DNA from: Lama guanicoe
Taxonomy: Eukaryota
Direction: 5' to 3'
Length of the DNA stretch: 64,000 nt
NCBI GenBank assembly: GCA_013239625.1
Contig: MU053873.1
Span: forward strand, 3,702,273 to 3,766,272
Shown here piece by piece: positions 27,090-38,940 of this stretch. The position numbers and the translations under genes were made by a program. The notes beneath the pieces were generated by a model. The model was given only the letters and a program-made list of their open reading frames with translations, was not told the DNA's origin and did no database searches. Each line of letters opens with the position of its first letter. Within the stretch, counting starts at the first letter, position 1.

Positions 27090-27280
27090 TTTTTTTTAAT
27101 TTTTAACTTTTTTTAAATTGAAGTACAGTTGATTTATAATGTGTTAGTTTCTGGTGTACAGCATAGTGATTCAGTTATACATATAAATATCCTTTTCCAT
27201 AACCTTTTTCATTATAGGTTATTACAAGCTATTGAGGAGAGTTCCCTGTGCTGTACAGTAGGACCTTGTTATTTATCTAC
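27090..27280 (-). mobile_element. L1 3'-end fragment (artiodactyl-type)
   Basis: Poly-T then aattgaagtacagttgatttataatgtgttagtttctggtgtacagcatagtgattcag...ccctgtgctgtacagtaggacc. Confidence 0.8.
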
Positions 27281-30200
27281 AGGAGTTTGTATCAAATCTA
27301 TTTTTAACTTCTCCGTGAAATTCTTTGTTTTATGATTACTGTTGTTAAAAGAGTACATCCATATACACTGACTCATTTCTTCCTCAACGATTTACTAAGG
27401 AAACAGTAGTGAAGACAAAGAAAATTTCTGCGTTCTTAATTAACCACCCCGACCATCAAAGTAATAAGAAAAATAACAATCAACACAGACTGAGCACCGA
27501 CTGTGTGCCAGGCCCTTCTCATTTACTCCTCACAGCAACCCTCAAGGTAAGACCCGTTATTACCTCCATTTACCAATGAAGAAACTGGAGCTCAGAGAGG
27601 TTAAGTCACCTGCCCAAGGTCACACAGCTGATAAGTAACAAAACCAAGATGCAACTCTTGCCATCTGGCTCCAGAGTGGTCATAAAAACAACTTAAGGTA
27701 GCAGAGTGTGATGAGGGCTTGGAAAGAAGTAAACAGAGCCCATGTGGAAAGTTTCTGGAGGGTCGAGGGAAACTGCCGACTGCATTTTCTATAGAGAATG
27801 GGATTTGGGGTCTGGGGTGGAACTGGGAGTCTTGGGTGGGGCTTCACTTTTCACTTAATACAAAATCATTTTGCCATCTTCGAAGTGGTTGGTTTGTTAC
27901 ATGTTATTTTCACAACACTATATAGTACACACACATAGGCACACAGTATGTGAGTGTATGTGTGTATGAGTGTGCGTGTGTATGTGTGTATATCACTTCT
28001 GACACAATGACGTAAACATCCAAAGATCAGGCTTTAGGGAAGTAGTTTATATTCTCAGTGGAGACAAAGCTACAGACCATTTCAAAGGTCACTTAACTGA
28101 GCAATTAACAAATGTAGCAGCAGTAACTACTTCCCAGAGGTCAAGCCATAATTTGTCTCACTTTACCTTCCCCCGCACTTCCTCCCACCCAACTGACCAG
28201 ATTCCTGTGGAGTGGATTCCTGAGGACAGGGGCTCTTTGGAATTGCCCACAGAAGATGCTCAATAAAATATTAATTATATTGAAGGGGGGAAAAACGTGT
28301 GCGAGCATGTGTGTGTATCCCTGGATTCAAATTTCGTTAGCTTCCTTGTAAATGATCAGAGTTTGAGTAGTGGGTCTGGGCAGAAGGACCCTTCAAAGCG
28401 TCAGTTTCCTAAACTGCAGAATCAAGGATCCCAAAAGGAGGCACCTCCAGGCTTTTTGTGAATAAAAAAAAGAAAGAAAGAACAAAAGAGCATCGTCCAA
28501 AGCCTGGCACCTAATAAAGGGTTCAGTGAAAAGCAGTTGTTCTGATGTGTTATGTGCTTTACCTGCATTCTCTCGAATCCTCCCATTTTACAGAAGAAGA
28601 AACTGAGGTTCCAAGAGGGAAGTGGCTTGTCTGGGGAGTCACCCTCCTATAATCTGGATGGGTAAGTAGAGGAAGGAACGTATCCCCTCCTGGGCAGGAA
28701 CTCCCCTGCTCTCTCTATCCCAGACCTGCCAGAGCCTTCCTGTTTAGGTATCTAGGGAGTAGCAGGGGGTGCAAAGAGAATTTCTGTTGCCAGTGGTCTA
28801 ACTTTTATTGCTTCAACACACCCTGCCTTCTGGGTGCATGCAATGAGCACACAATTCTCCTAATGAGCTCTGCCTTTGCCTGTGATGCTCCTGCCTGGAA
28901 GGTCCTCCCCGCCTTTAAGACGCAGCTCAAGTGTCCACACACCACACACACATCCCCTACCCCAGCCTTAAACACACCAGGTTGGGAGAGGCAGGCATTA
29001 CCTGCCTGAAACACATCCTGATGACAGACTACAGTGATGACAATCACACCCACCACTTGGTGGGCAGGGACCAGTGCAGACACTGTGCCTGGAATGGCCC
29101 ATGCACTGCTTCACTGAACCCACAGAACAACCCTTTTAGGGAGGGGGAGTATCCTATCATCAGCCCATTTTACAGATGAGGAAGCTGAGTCTCAAAACAA
29201 ATACCATTGCCTTAGCCCACAGCCAGGATGGGGCAGCACCACGGTTTGCCCCCAAGTCTCCCTGGGTCGCTCCCCACTTTCCATCCCTGCCTCCTCCTGG
29301 AAGACCCCCTGGGTTTACCCCTACTGCACCCCAACTCAACCTCACCACCCTTTGTGACTTCTCTATTCAACCTCACTGACTCCAAACATCTGCCTGTTCC
29401 AAATTAGAAGTGAGTTCAGATTCCTGCTCTGCCACTGGTGGCTGACAAAGACCTCGCCACCACACTACTAAATCCTGAATCTGTAAAATGGGAATGATGA
29501 GCCCCACCCCCTCACACAGGGAAGTGGTGAGGGTTCAAGTGCAAAGTCCTTGAGAACCTGGATATTTATGACCATCCCTAGGCAGGGAGACAACTAATGC
29601 TCAGGAAGTTTCACCGAATTGAATGAAATACTGACACTTAAAATATTTAAGCCACCTCCCCCGAGGGTTTCCTTCTCCAGTGGACAGCCACGCCTCCAGG
29701 AAGGGGTCTTCAACTGAGTCACTTTCAAAACACAACACTGACCATGTCTCCATCAAGTCCAGGTCCACCATCACCTCTCACCTGGATTATTCGAGCAATC
29801 TCTTCACTGGCCTCTCAGCTGCCTGGCACACCCCCTCCCATCCAGCCTCCCCAAGAGAGGGGCAAGCTTCTCAGAACACACATCAGACTCCCTCCGTCTC
29901 CCCTAGAGAAACTTCCACGGTGCCCCACTGCCCTAGAAGAAAGCCCAAACCCCTGGGAGTGGTTGACCTGGCCCCCGCCAGCATCTCCTCCTCCAGTAGT
30001 CTATCCAGGACTTTCTCTTCCCTCTTTCCAGAGCAGAATACCATCCTCTTCCCACTGGCAAGCTCTCCACGAAACTCAACCTCCTGCCCCACAACCCTCC
30101 CTAGGCCAGAAGGCATCCGCCCCTCCTCCCAGCTCTCTCTTTCCAGACAATTGCCTCTTTTCACCAAGGCTTTACCCCTTAAGGGTGTGACCACTAGCCT

Positions 30201-31670
30201 TCTCTTTGACACAGTCTTGAAATATTTGATGAATGAATGAATGACAGCACTTTAAAACCCTCCTCTGGGGCTGTTTTTCTAAGTTGGTCAGAGATGTCTT
30301 CTGGAGATGCTGAGAGGGGAGTAATGGTCAGGCCAGGGTGTGGACTGTTCCATTCTCCTGTCAAGGTCAGCTCTGAATAAAGCCAGCCCCCAGGACCTCC
30401 AAGAGGGACAGGATGCCTTCAGCCTCAGAATCTGGGGTGACAGCTGCACCCCCAACATCACTGGACTGCCAGGCAAGTGAATAGCTCAATGCTGGAACAT
30501 CACGCCAGAAGAACAGATTCTATATATACCACCCTGTGTCACGCCCCTTCTGCGCTGTCTGCCACATAGTAGGTGCTCAGCCCACGCTGGCTGACCTAAT
30601 GAGCGGGCGCCTGTGCCCAGACACTGTACGAAATGAAACCCTGTACTTCTCTAGGGTAATTGCACCCTTGCCAAGCATGCAAATCCTTTAAAAAGGATTC
30701 CCCTAAAACCACCAAGACCGTGGCTACTGTCTGCACAGCTCCCTCCGGAACTGTCCCAGGGATGAGACGCCGGCGTCTGGAGGTGAATGCATGTTTGTCC
30801 GGGATCTTTGATGGATTAGCTGAGGGAAAGCTGGGCCAAGGGAGAAGCCTTGTCCAAATGCCCTGGTTACTGATTAGCCAAACCCTAGCGCGTCTCTCTG
30901 CAAGGGGGAATCAGAGGGGCAATTAAACCACTCTGGAAGACCGAGTTAAATACCTCTCCAATCCCGCTGTTAAAAAGACAGCAAGTTGGGTTTCTGGAGC
31001 CTTCAGTCAGATACTGCCCCTGAAGCGGAGGGGATGAGACAGGGGAGAGGAGAGGCCGCAGAATGAGGGTCCACTAATATTGACAGCCCCCCTACCTGTT
31101 TCATCCCTATTACACCTATTAATCCTGCCAGTCACCCAGAAGAGAAAGGACTGTGACCCCCCGCCTCCATTTTGCCCAGAGGGGAGACCTGGGCTCAGGG
31201 AGGTTTAAGTGTTTTGTCCAAGGTCACAAAGAAGCTGCAAAGAAAAAGCTCTTCCTTTGTGCAACAGGTCCAGCCCTTTCCCTCCCGAAAGGTAATGGCT
31301 GTTCCCGGCTTAAGAAAGTTCAGTCCGGCGGGCAGGAAGCCCTGGCCACCTAGGCAGCGCGCGGAGGTCACACGCCCGCCTCACTACGCACGGACAGCGA
31401 ACAGGGTTTCAGGGCGCGGCGCCCCGGCTCCGTGCCGAGTGTGCGCTAGGCGGGTGTGGAAAGGTCGGGCTCGGGTCGGGGGTCAGTGGGCCGCTTCCCT
31501 TCTCCAGGGCCCCGCCTGTAGCCCCAGGCGGAGCCGCCAGCGGGGTGGGGGCCCTCAGAGCCTGCCGGGGAGCGGGGTAGGGGGGGTGGATTGAGCCTTA
31601 ATCCCATCTGGGCGCCTCTACTCTGGGAAGACGCGCGGAGGGGAGCGCAGGCCCGGCGGGGAGGGTGCGG

Positions 31671-31702
31671 CCGGAGCCCCGGAGCCCCGGAGCCCCGGAG
31701 CC
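31671..31702. repeat. (CCGGAGCC)x4 tandem repeat in the CpG island
   Basis: Four perfect 8-mers. Confidence 0.9.
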
Positions 31703-32373
31703 CGCCGGGCCCAGCGAGCTGCTCTCTCCACCGCCCCCGTAGCCCTAAGGATCCCTTTGACCCGGCTCCGCCTCGCTCCGCACCCTTGCTCCCCAGTGTC
31801 CACCTCCCAGGCCTCCAACCCGTACGGACGTCCAGATCCTAGCAGTTTCAGGCTGGGTACCCCGGATCTCCAGGGATCCCCCAGGTCCTGGCCACCAGAT
31901 CTCTCGGAATCACCCCCAAGGCTCGGACCAGCGTGGGGCGGGAGAGAGGGATCAACTAGCTCCCAGTTTCTAATCACTGTCCACCGTCACCCCCAGGCTG
32001 GGGATCGAGTGGGACCCCAGGCCGCCGGCTGCCGATCCACTCCTGGGATCGACTGCCAAGTCTTCAGCCGGGTGGCGCGGGATCCATTGGCTGCCCAGTG
32101 TGGGAATCTTCCCGCGGGATCCACTCCCAAGTCTCGAGGGACAGATCTCCTGGCTTCCAAATCGAGATTCCCCATTCCTGCAGACTCAGAGCCAGGGGAG
32201 ATCCACTGGGTCCCCACCTCTTCCCCGGCCAACTTTGCCAACTTTTCTCCCGGGGCCTCAGCCAGGAAGAAACTTGGCGGCCATCGCCGGCTGCCGCCTC
32301 CCCATCCCCCTCGCAAGCCGGGGACGGGGGCTGATGGCTGGCCCCCATGCACCGCGACCGCCGCGCAACCTAC

Positions 32374-32470
32374 CCTGGAGCCGCCTCCTCCGGCCCGCGC
32401 CGCGCCACCACCTGCCCGCAGCCCGCGGCACCTGCCCGCGCCGCCCGCGGCCCAGCGCAGCCTAGCCTGC
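32374..32470 (-). other. KIAA1671: Putative non-coding first exon of KIAA1671
   Basis: Strong minus-strand donor CCAGG|GTAGGT (GT at 32373-32372) just downstream of the GC boxes; no coding exon in the following 32 kb. Gene identity is from synteny only and the TSS is approximate. Confidence 0.55.
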
Positions 32471-34717
32471 TGGGGGCGGGGCCTCGGGCGGGGACGCGCC
32501 CCCGTCGCCATGGGAACCGTGGCCGGCGGCGCCTGCGCGGAGAGGCCCAGGGCGGAGCGCAGCCGGCCCGACCCGTGCTCTCTCGCTGGCGCCGGGCCTG
32601 GGTAGGGTCGGGCAGGTCAGAGGTCGCGAGTTTGCCCCGATGCTCCTCCCGGAAGCATCCCCGGTCCCCCTGCCTCGACCCCGCTGCGCCTGACTCAGAA
32701 TGTTGTTCATGATCCCCACCCGCGTTCCTGGGGTCAGTCCCCGTCTCCAGCCGGGGTCCCCCGCAACCGACACCGACCAGCCGCGCGGCCTGCGCCCCCC
32801 AGAGCCTAATGCAGCCCGGGAACTCAAGGGGCGCTGGGTAAAGCCTCGCCCATTGAATCGCTAGGGCTGCAGGCGCCGGCCCGGGAGCGAGCGGGGTCTG
32901 CACGAAGCACTCGCGCCGTCTTGCAGCGAGCCGGGGGAATTGCACCCGGGGCCGCAGGGTTGGGGCCCTAGCAGGAGGCTGTTCACTCCGCCGGGGCGCC
33001 TGCTGTATGCCACGCCTGCTGCCGTTGTGTTGAGGTGGAGATTGCGGAGTGAGGCGTATAGAGACTTTTTGGACAAGTTGAAGGATCGTAGAAAGTCACT
33101 TCTGAATGAGAAAATGCCTGTTTTTCCATCCTTTACTCATTTCATGCCATAGACCTTTATTAAGCGCCTACTGTATGCTGGATGCTGGGGACCCAGCAGT
33201 GAAGCAGCTGGCAAGATCCAGGCTCTTGTGGAGTTTACAGACATTGCAAACAATATTTGCACAAATAAATTGAATTGCATTTGTGACTTTTGCTCACAAG
33301 GAAATGTATATAGATTGAATAACCGAAGGGCCTAAAATCATACATGCATTTATTGTAAGTCAGTTAGACCTTAATAAATTTAGAGAGAGGAAAAAACATC
33401 ACACTGTGTGGCTTCAGGAGAATTGGCAGGGAGCTCTCTTACCTCCTCTCTCTCAATTTGTGTGTGTGTAGGATGAAGGTACTCCAATTACAAGAGATTT
33501 ATACACCATATCCATTGTTTCTTTTAGTCTGCTCTTCTGAAGTAGGGATCACCACCCCCTTATTTTACCAAGGAGCAGCCTGGGGCTCCCTAAGAGACTT
33601 GCCCACAGTGACAGAACCCAGAAATGGTGAGGTGGTGGCCCCATGAGGTCTTAATTTTTGAATAATCTCCTGCATCATTTGGTGCCTTGAGAACAGCCAA
33701 CAATGGGACCCAACTCAGTGGCTTTTAAATATGACTGCCACTCCCAGGGTGGGGACTTCGTGGCAGGGGACTAAGAACGGCTAGATTGAAAGTTAAAATC
33801 CCTCAAAATCCACCTTTAAGCAGGGCCTTTACATGACGTGTATGTCATACGAGCAAAGGCAAATCATTGTTATTGTCTGCTGCCCTTTCTAGAATTTCTG
33901 GAGGCAGGGCTTTTGTCTCTTCCTGATTCTCAATGCTTAGAGCAGGGCTTGGCACAGAGTGAGTGCTCAATAAATATTAAGCTCAATAAATATTGGGTTA
34001 AATGCAAGGATGATCAACTGCCGATAGAATACCCTCTGCTACCTCTCCTCCCTAACCTTATCGGAACTTCCCGTCTCTCCCCGGCAAATCTCAATTAACC
34101 AGAACGCGTGGCCTGAGGGTTCTGTTGAACTGAATGTCTCTCAGCTCCCCAACCTGCTTAGTCCTCAATCTTGGCACCTCCTCTCCACCCCAGCACTTAA
34201 ACAGGGGAAGGGAGAAGACAGTCCTTCTCCTGCCACCCCTCACAGAAACCCCAAATCTAGATGTGTCCCCAGCCCTAACCAGCCTACCCCCCGATTCTGG
34301 ACCACAAAAGATGCCCTACCCCAATTCCAGGATCGATTCTTCTACCCAAGCTTTGAAGGGGGCTCCCAGAAGTGCCAAACTACAACTCCCAAGGGCCTCC
34401 TGGCCCCAGAAGGGGCGGGACTTCCTGGTTCAGCCCCACCTTGGCTGATTCTCCCTGCATTCCAGTGTCATCCGTCCCAGGTGTGAGCCTGCCAGCCGGC
34501 ACACACCCAGAGATTACACCCTGACCAAAGAGGTGTCAGGTTGTATGTTGTTTTCAGAGCCAACACCTCAACCCCAACTCCCAGCCCTGGCTTTTCTCTT
34601 ACTGTGGGTAGAGGACAGTGCCACCTGGAGACTTTCCCAGAATCCCTTGTCGGCCGTCATCTACCCCCTCCTCTAGGAAGTTTGTCCTGATTTGCCAGCT
34701 CTGCTCTTAGACTCTGG

Positions 34718-34910
34718 CAGCACTGTCCAACTTTCTGCAATGGTGGAGATGTTTTATATATGCCCTGTCTAACATTAGCCACAGATGACTATTGAGCACT
34801 TGAAATTCAACCGGTGTGACTGAGGCATTGCATTTTCATTTCATTTCATTTTAATTAATTTAAATCTAGATAGCCATGTGCGGTACAGCTACTGAATTGA
34901 ACAGGATAGC
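34718..34910. mobile_element. MER3-like hAT MITE
   Basis: cagcactgtccaa...actttctgcaatggtggagatgtt...ctattgagcacttgaaat...ttaatttaaat...agccatgtg. Confidence 0.7.
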
Positions 34911-35322
34911 GCTAGAACTCACATACTCCTTGGCAAAGACCGTATTCATGCGTTTTTACTGGTGTATATATCTCCATTTTATTTCTCCTGTAATTTACCT
35001 ACTTCTTGAGGGTGAGCGCTAGTACGTTCTTTGAAATATTTTCTCTCAACCCCAGGCCTTTGCCCGTGCTGTGCCCTCTGTCTGGAACACTTTGCCCTCT
35101 GCCTGCCCATCATCTGTAACAACTACATGTCCTTCAGGTCTTAGCTTTAATGTCAGCTCCTCCGAGAAGCCACCCCTGACTACCACCGCTGACCACCATG
35201 CCGCAGCCTCTGAATCTTCTACCCTCCCCTAGACACTGATGACATGATGACACTTCTCTGTCTCACTTTCTAAACTGTGAGCTCCTTAGGAGCAGAGATT
35301 AGTATAATATCTGAAACAGAGT

Positions 35323-35720
35323 TGTCCTTCGTATGGTCAGGCCACTCAAGATGGCTGTTCTCTTGCTCCCTGTTCATCTCCTGCTCGACCCGTGCCTGCT
35401 TCACTTACACCTACTCACGTGACTGACCGTCCTTCATTCTTGCCCCCCCCCATTGTTCTTTTCAAAGGGGCGTGCCCCTCTGCTGGTTTCCCTGGTAACC
35501 GATGAGCCAACCTGATGTCAGTCCCCACTGTAAATGCTAACCAATCCCTCCCCCCACCACACCGGGAGGGAAGGCTGCTGCCAGTCCTGCCTGCTGCCCG
35601 CCCACAGTGGGTTGTCCCTCCAGGACCTTGCTTTAGACGTGTAAGATCCCCCTGTCCATCAAACCACTGATGTCTCAGGCTCTTTCTTTGGTCTTGAAGC
35701 TGGAGGTGCAGCCCAGTAAC
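35323..35720 (+). mobile_element. Solo ERV(L)-like LTR
   Basis: TG start, gccactcaagatggctg, TCACGTGA, CCAAT and LTR-like 3' end gctctttctttggtcttgaagctgg...ggtgcagccca; family not determined. Confidence 0.55.
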
Positions 35721-35817
35721 CCTCAGTAAATATTCCTGGAGTTTAACGTTGAACGCATATTTCCGCATGATACAGTCCAGTGCCTGGTTCATGGCAATGA
35801 TACTAATGAAAGCTGTT

Positions 35818-35945
35818 TTTGTTTTGGTTGGGGAGTATTTAGGTTTATTCATTGATTTTATTCTTAGAGGAGGTACTGGGGATTGAACCCAGGACCTCAT
35901 GCATGCTAAGCATGCGCTCTACCACTTGAGCTATACCCTCCCCCC
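35818..35945 (-). mobile_element. tRNA-derived SINE with 10-bp TSD
   Basis: Full antisense head; GAAAGCTGTT at both 35808-35817 and 35946-35955. Confidence 0.9.
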
Positions 35946-36249
35946 GAAAGCTGTTATTTATTGAACCAAGACTTTGCCTGTGCTGTCTCATTCAGCACAA
36001 CAACAATCTTATCCTCTATTTTATCTCTTTTGGAGGTAAGGGATCTGAAGCTCAGAGAGGTTAAGTAAGTCATTCAAAGTCACACAGCTAGGATCACAGT
36101 CTGGGTTGCCTAGAAAACATAGAACCTAAGGCAAAATTTACATGCTAATGCTTTATTCAGGATGTGATCCCAACTTAACAAGAATGAAGGAAAAGGGACT
36201 GTGAGACTGGGAAGGAAGGAGAGCAAATATAAGATGTGCCCTATGATGG

Positions 36250-36372
36250 AGGTAGAGCGCATGCCTAGCATGTACGTGGTCCTGGGTTCAATCCCCAATA
36301 CCTTCGTTTAAAAAATAACTAAATAAACCTAACTACTACCCTCCGGCGACACAACCCCCCAACAAAAAAAAA
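36250..36372 (+). mobile_element. 5'-truncated tRNA-derived SINE inside an old LTR remnant
   Basis: ggtagagcgcatgcctagcatgtacgtggtcctgggttcaatcccc plus tail. Confidence 0.8.
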
Positions 36373-37219
36373 AGACATGACTTACTGGGTTGGCCAGAGC
36401 TTTTCAAGGAAATACAGCCAGGAGTTCCATCACTTAGGGCGTCTCCGGAGAAGCCACGTGAAATATTGCAGACATCCCATCTCCTGTCTCATTAGTGACT
36501 GTTGGCCCAACAGCTCATTTGTGGGCTGTGTGACCTGTACCTTCAGGCAGCCATGAGGGAAGCCAGTTCCACATCCAGAGCTTCACCTGAGTGGCTTCAC
36601 CTGAGTGTGGAAGAGGTGTCGCCCCACCTCCCAACCCCGCTGGGCAAGGGTCCAATCAGGTTGGTTGGACAACAGCTGGGGGTGTTGGGAGACCAAGCCA
36701 GGACTCCGGCCTCATCACTGCAGGCTGAGGTGGCCAAGTGGCTGCAGCGACTGACTTGGGCCACCTGCAGCGGGAGGCGAGCGGAGGCTGGATGGCGTCC
36801 AGTGCGGCTGGGCGGCCGGGAAGGAAGAGGCTAAGCACACCTGAGAAGCAGCACCCATCAAGCCGGATGGAGCTGGTAAACGTCAGAACTGGGATTCAGA
36901 ACCAGTTCAGACTAACTCCAAAGCCCTTCTACAAACACGGATTGAAAGAGAAAAATGAATAAATATGTGGTTGAATGAGTGGGAAAAAAGCGCTGGCAAT
37001 CATCTCTTCAAAACCCTGGTGTATTCCAACACTCTCATTTTACAGCGGGGAGACTGAGGTCCAGCAAGGCAGAGATGCCGTGACCAAGGCCACACTGAGT
37101 GTAGGTGCCAGAGCTGGGACTGAACCTCAGTCTCAGGCTTCACTGGACCCGCCTGCTTCTGACAGCACCAACTGGTGTGTCTTATTTATCACGTCAGCAT
37201 TTATAGCATCATAGTGATG

Positions 37220-37760
37220 CCTCTTGTTCTCACTTGCCCAGCATCCATCCTCCGCTCACAGCACCTCGGTTTTCCTCCTAGAAACCACCCCACTCCCCAC
37301 CTTTATTCCATGTCTCTCCAGTGCATTGAACCCCATAGCATGCCTACTCTAATCCACAGTCCCCAAATCCTAGTCCTAAGGCTCAGGACCTAGGTCTGGC
37401 CAGTCAGAGCATCCTATTTCCCTGGCCACAATAACTGGTTCATGGAAGGGCATGTAACACAAGTTTGTCCACTGAGAGTTAGTCACAGCAATTGTGGCAA
37501 CTATGTGCAAAGAGGAGCTTCTTTTCTCCATGGTTGCTAAGCCTGGAGGCGCCAGAAGCCATCACCGTGAGAGAGAATCTGCCTGAGAGTGAACTCAGTG
37601 CGGCAGAAAACAGAGCTGAGAGAAAGAGCCATTACTTGTTCACCTGGATCCAGCTGTGCCTGAAGCTGTCCATGGAATTTACAGTTATGTAAGCCAGCAC
37701 ATTTCCCATTTCTAGTTGAGCCAGTTGGAGTTGCACTTCCACCACTTACAGCAAAAGACA
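37220..37760 (+). mobile_element. Old MaLR LTR (MLT1K/L-like)
   Basis: ggccagtcagagcatcctatttccctggccaca, cctggatccagctgtgcctgaagct, cagttatgtaagcca. Confidence 0.65.
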
Positions 37761-38110
37761 AGACAAGCACCTACACTGAGCCAAGTTTTATGCTGAATGC
37801 TGGGGATAAAGACTTTTCAGATCCAGTGCCTGCTCTCTGGAAGTTCACAGGCTACAAGGTAGATATTCAAATCCCAGAGAAATATCCCTCAACTAGAATT
37901 ACTGAGACAGAAAGGCTGAGAGCACAGTGGCAAGAATTTCAACACCCAGTGTTTAATGTAGATCGGTTAATCCCTAGTCATGCCTTCTCCTACCCAGGAA
38001 ACACCCTAATCTCACCTCATCCTGATCTGGGGCTGGCTTTTCCTTCTTTGTCCAGCCCACCCAGCAGCCCCAGTGAAAGGCTGTCTAGATTTAAGGAACT
38101 AGAAAGGAAA

Positions 38111-38111
<1 letters not shown>

Positions 38112-38164
<53 letters not shown>

Positions 38165-38168
38165 ACAC
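38112..38168. repeat. (CA)n microsatellite
   Basis: Long near-perfect CA run. Confidence 0.95.
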
Positions 38169-38577
38169 CCTTCTCAGACCAGCTTATCACATACCTGGGT
38201 TTTGTTCACTAGCCTGAGAGTTTCCTTCAAAAGGAAGGACACCTTTTACAAGGTCACAGATTTATGTTCAAAGCTGGAGCCTGAGAAGAAGTGACCAGGT
38301 TGGAGGGTCTTGACCAGAAGTGTGGTGAGTCTGGAGGGAGGAGTGATGTGGAGTCAGGAGTGGGGAGAGAGGAAAGTATTGTCCAGGGGCCATAATGAGC
38401 ATTAAGGATCCACGAGCCCCTGAAATTACAAACAATATTGTGTGTGTGTTTGTGTGTGTGTGTGTGTATTTAAGCCTGCACGGGGAATGTTTCCATGATT
38501 TTAAATCATATTTTCAAAGGAATCTATCACTTTCAAAAGGTTAAAGTCTAGGACGTGGCCATCCGTTTGCCAGTGGA

Positions 38578-38940
38578 TGACTTAGTCTATTCAGGCTGCT
38601 ATAACAAAGTGCCGTAGATTAAATGGCTTATAAACAACAGAAATTTATTTCTCACAGTTCTGGAGGCTAGGTATTCCAAGATCAAGATGCAGATAGATTA
38701 GGTGTCTGGCGAGAGCCCGCTTCCTGGTATGTAAAAGGCCATCTTCTTGCTGTGTCTTCACCCAGCAGAAGGGGCGAGGGCACTCTCTGGGGTCTCTTTT
38801 ATAAGGGCACTAACCCCATTCACGAGGGCTCCACCCTCATGGCCTCATCACCTCCCAAAGGCCCACCTCTTAATACCATCACCATGGGGGTTTGAATTTC
38901 AACATATGAATTTTGGGGCTTAGAAACATTCAGTCCGTTG
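38578..38940 (-). mobile_element. MaLR LTR (MLT1A-like)
   Basis: ggctgctataacaaa...tggcttataaacaacagaaatttatttctcacagttctggaggct...ttcaacatatgaattttgggg. Confidence 0.88.

Larger units (their letters stand above)
31330..33060. promoter_or_regulatory. CpG island promoter (probable KIAA1671 promoter, possibly bidirectional)
   Basis: Very high GC and CpG density compared with the flanks; GC boxes GGGGCGGGGC (about 32473-32482) and GGGCGGGG (about 32486-32493). Assignment to KIAA1671 rests on the known SGSM1-TMEM211-KIAA1671 gene order. Confidence 0.85.

Noticed and set aside
29680..30240. 186-aa Ser/Pro-rich ORF and overlapping ORFs
   Set aside because: GTG start; lies in pyrimidine-rich L2-like remnant sequence.
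31757..32945. Long overlapping ORFs (282, 191 and 174 aa) in the CpG island
   Set aside because: Stop-codon depletion in GC-rich DNA; low-complexity P/A/R/G sequence, mostly non-ATG starts, no recognisable domain.
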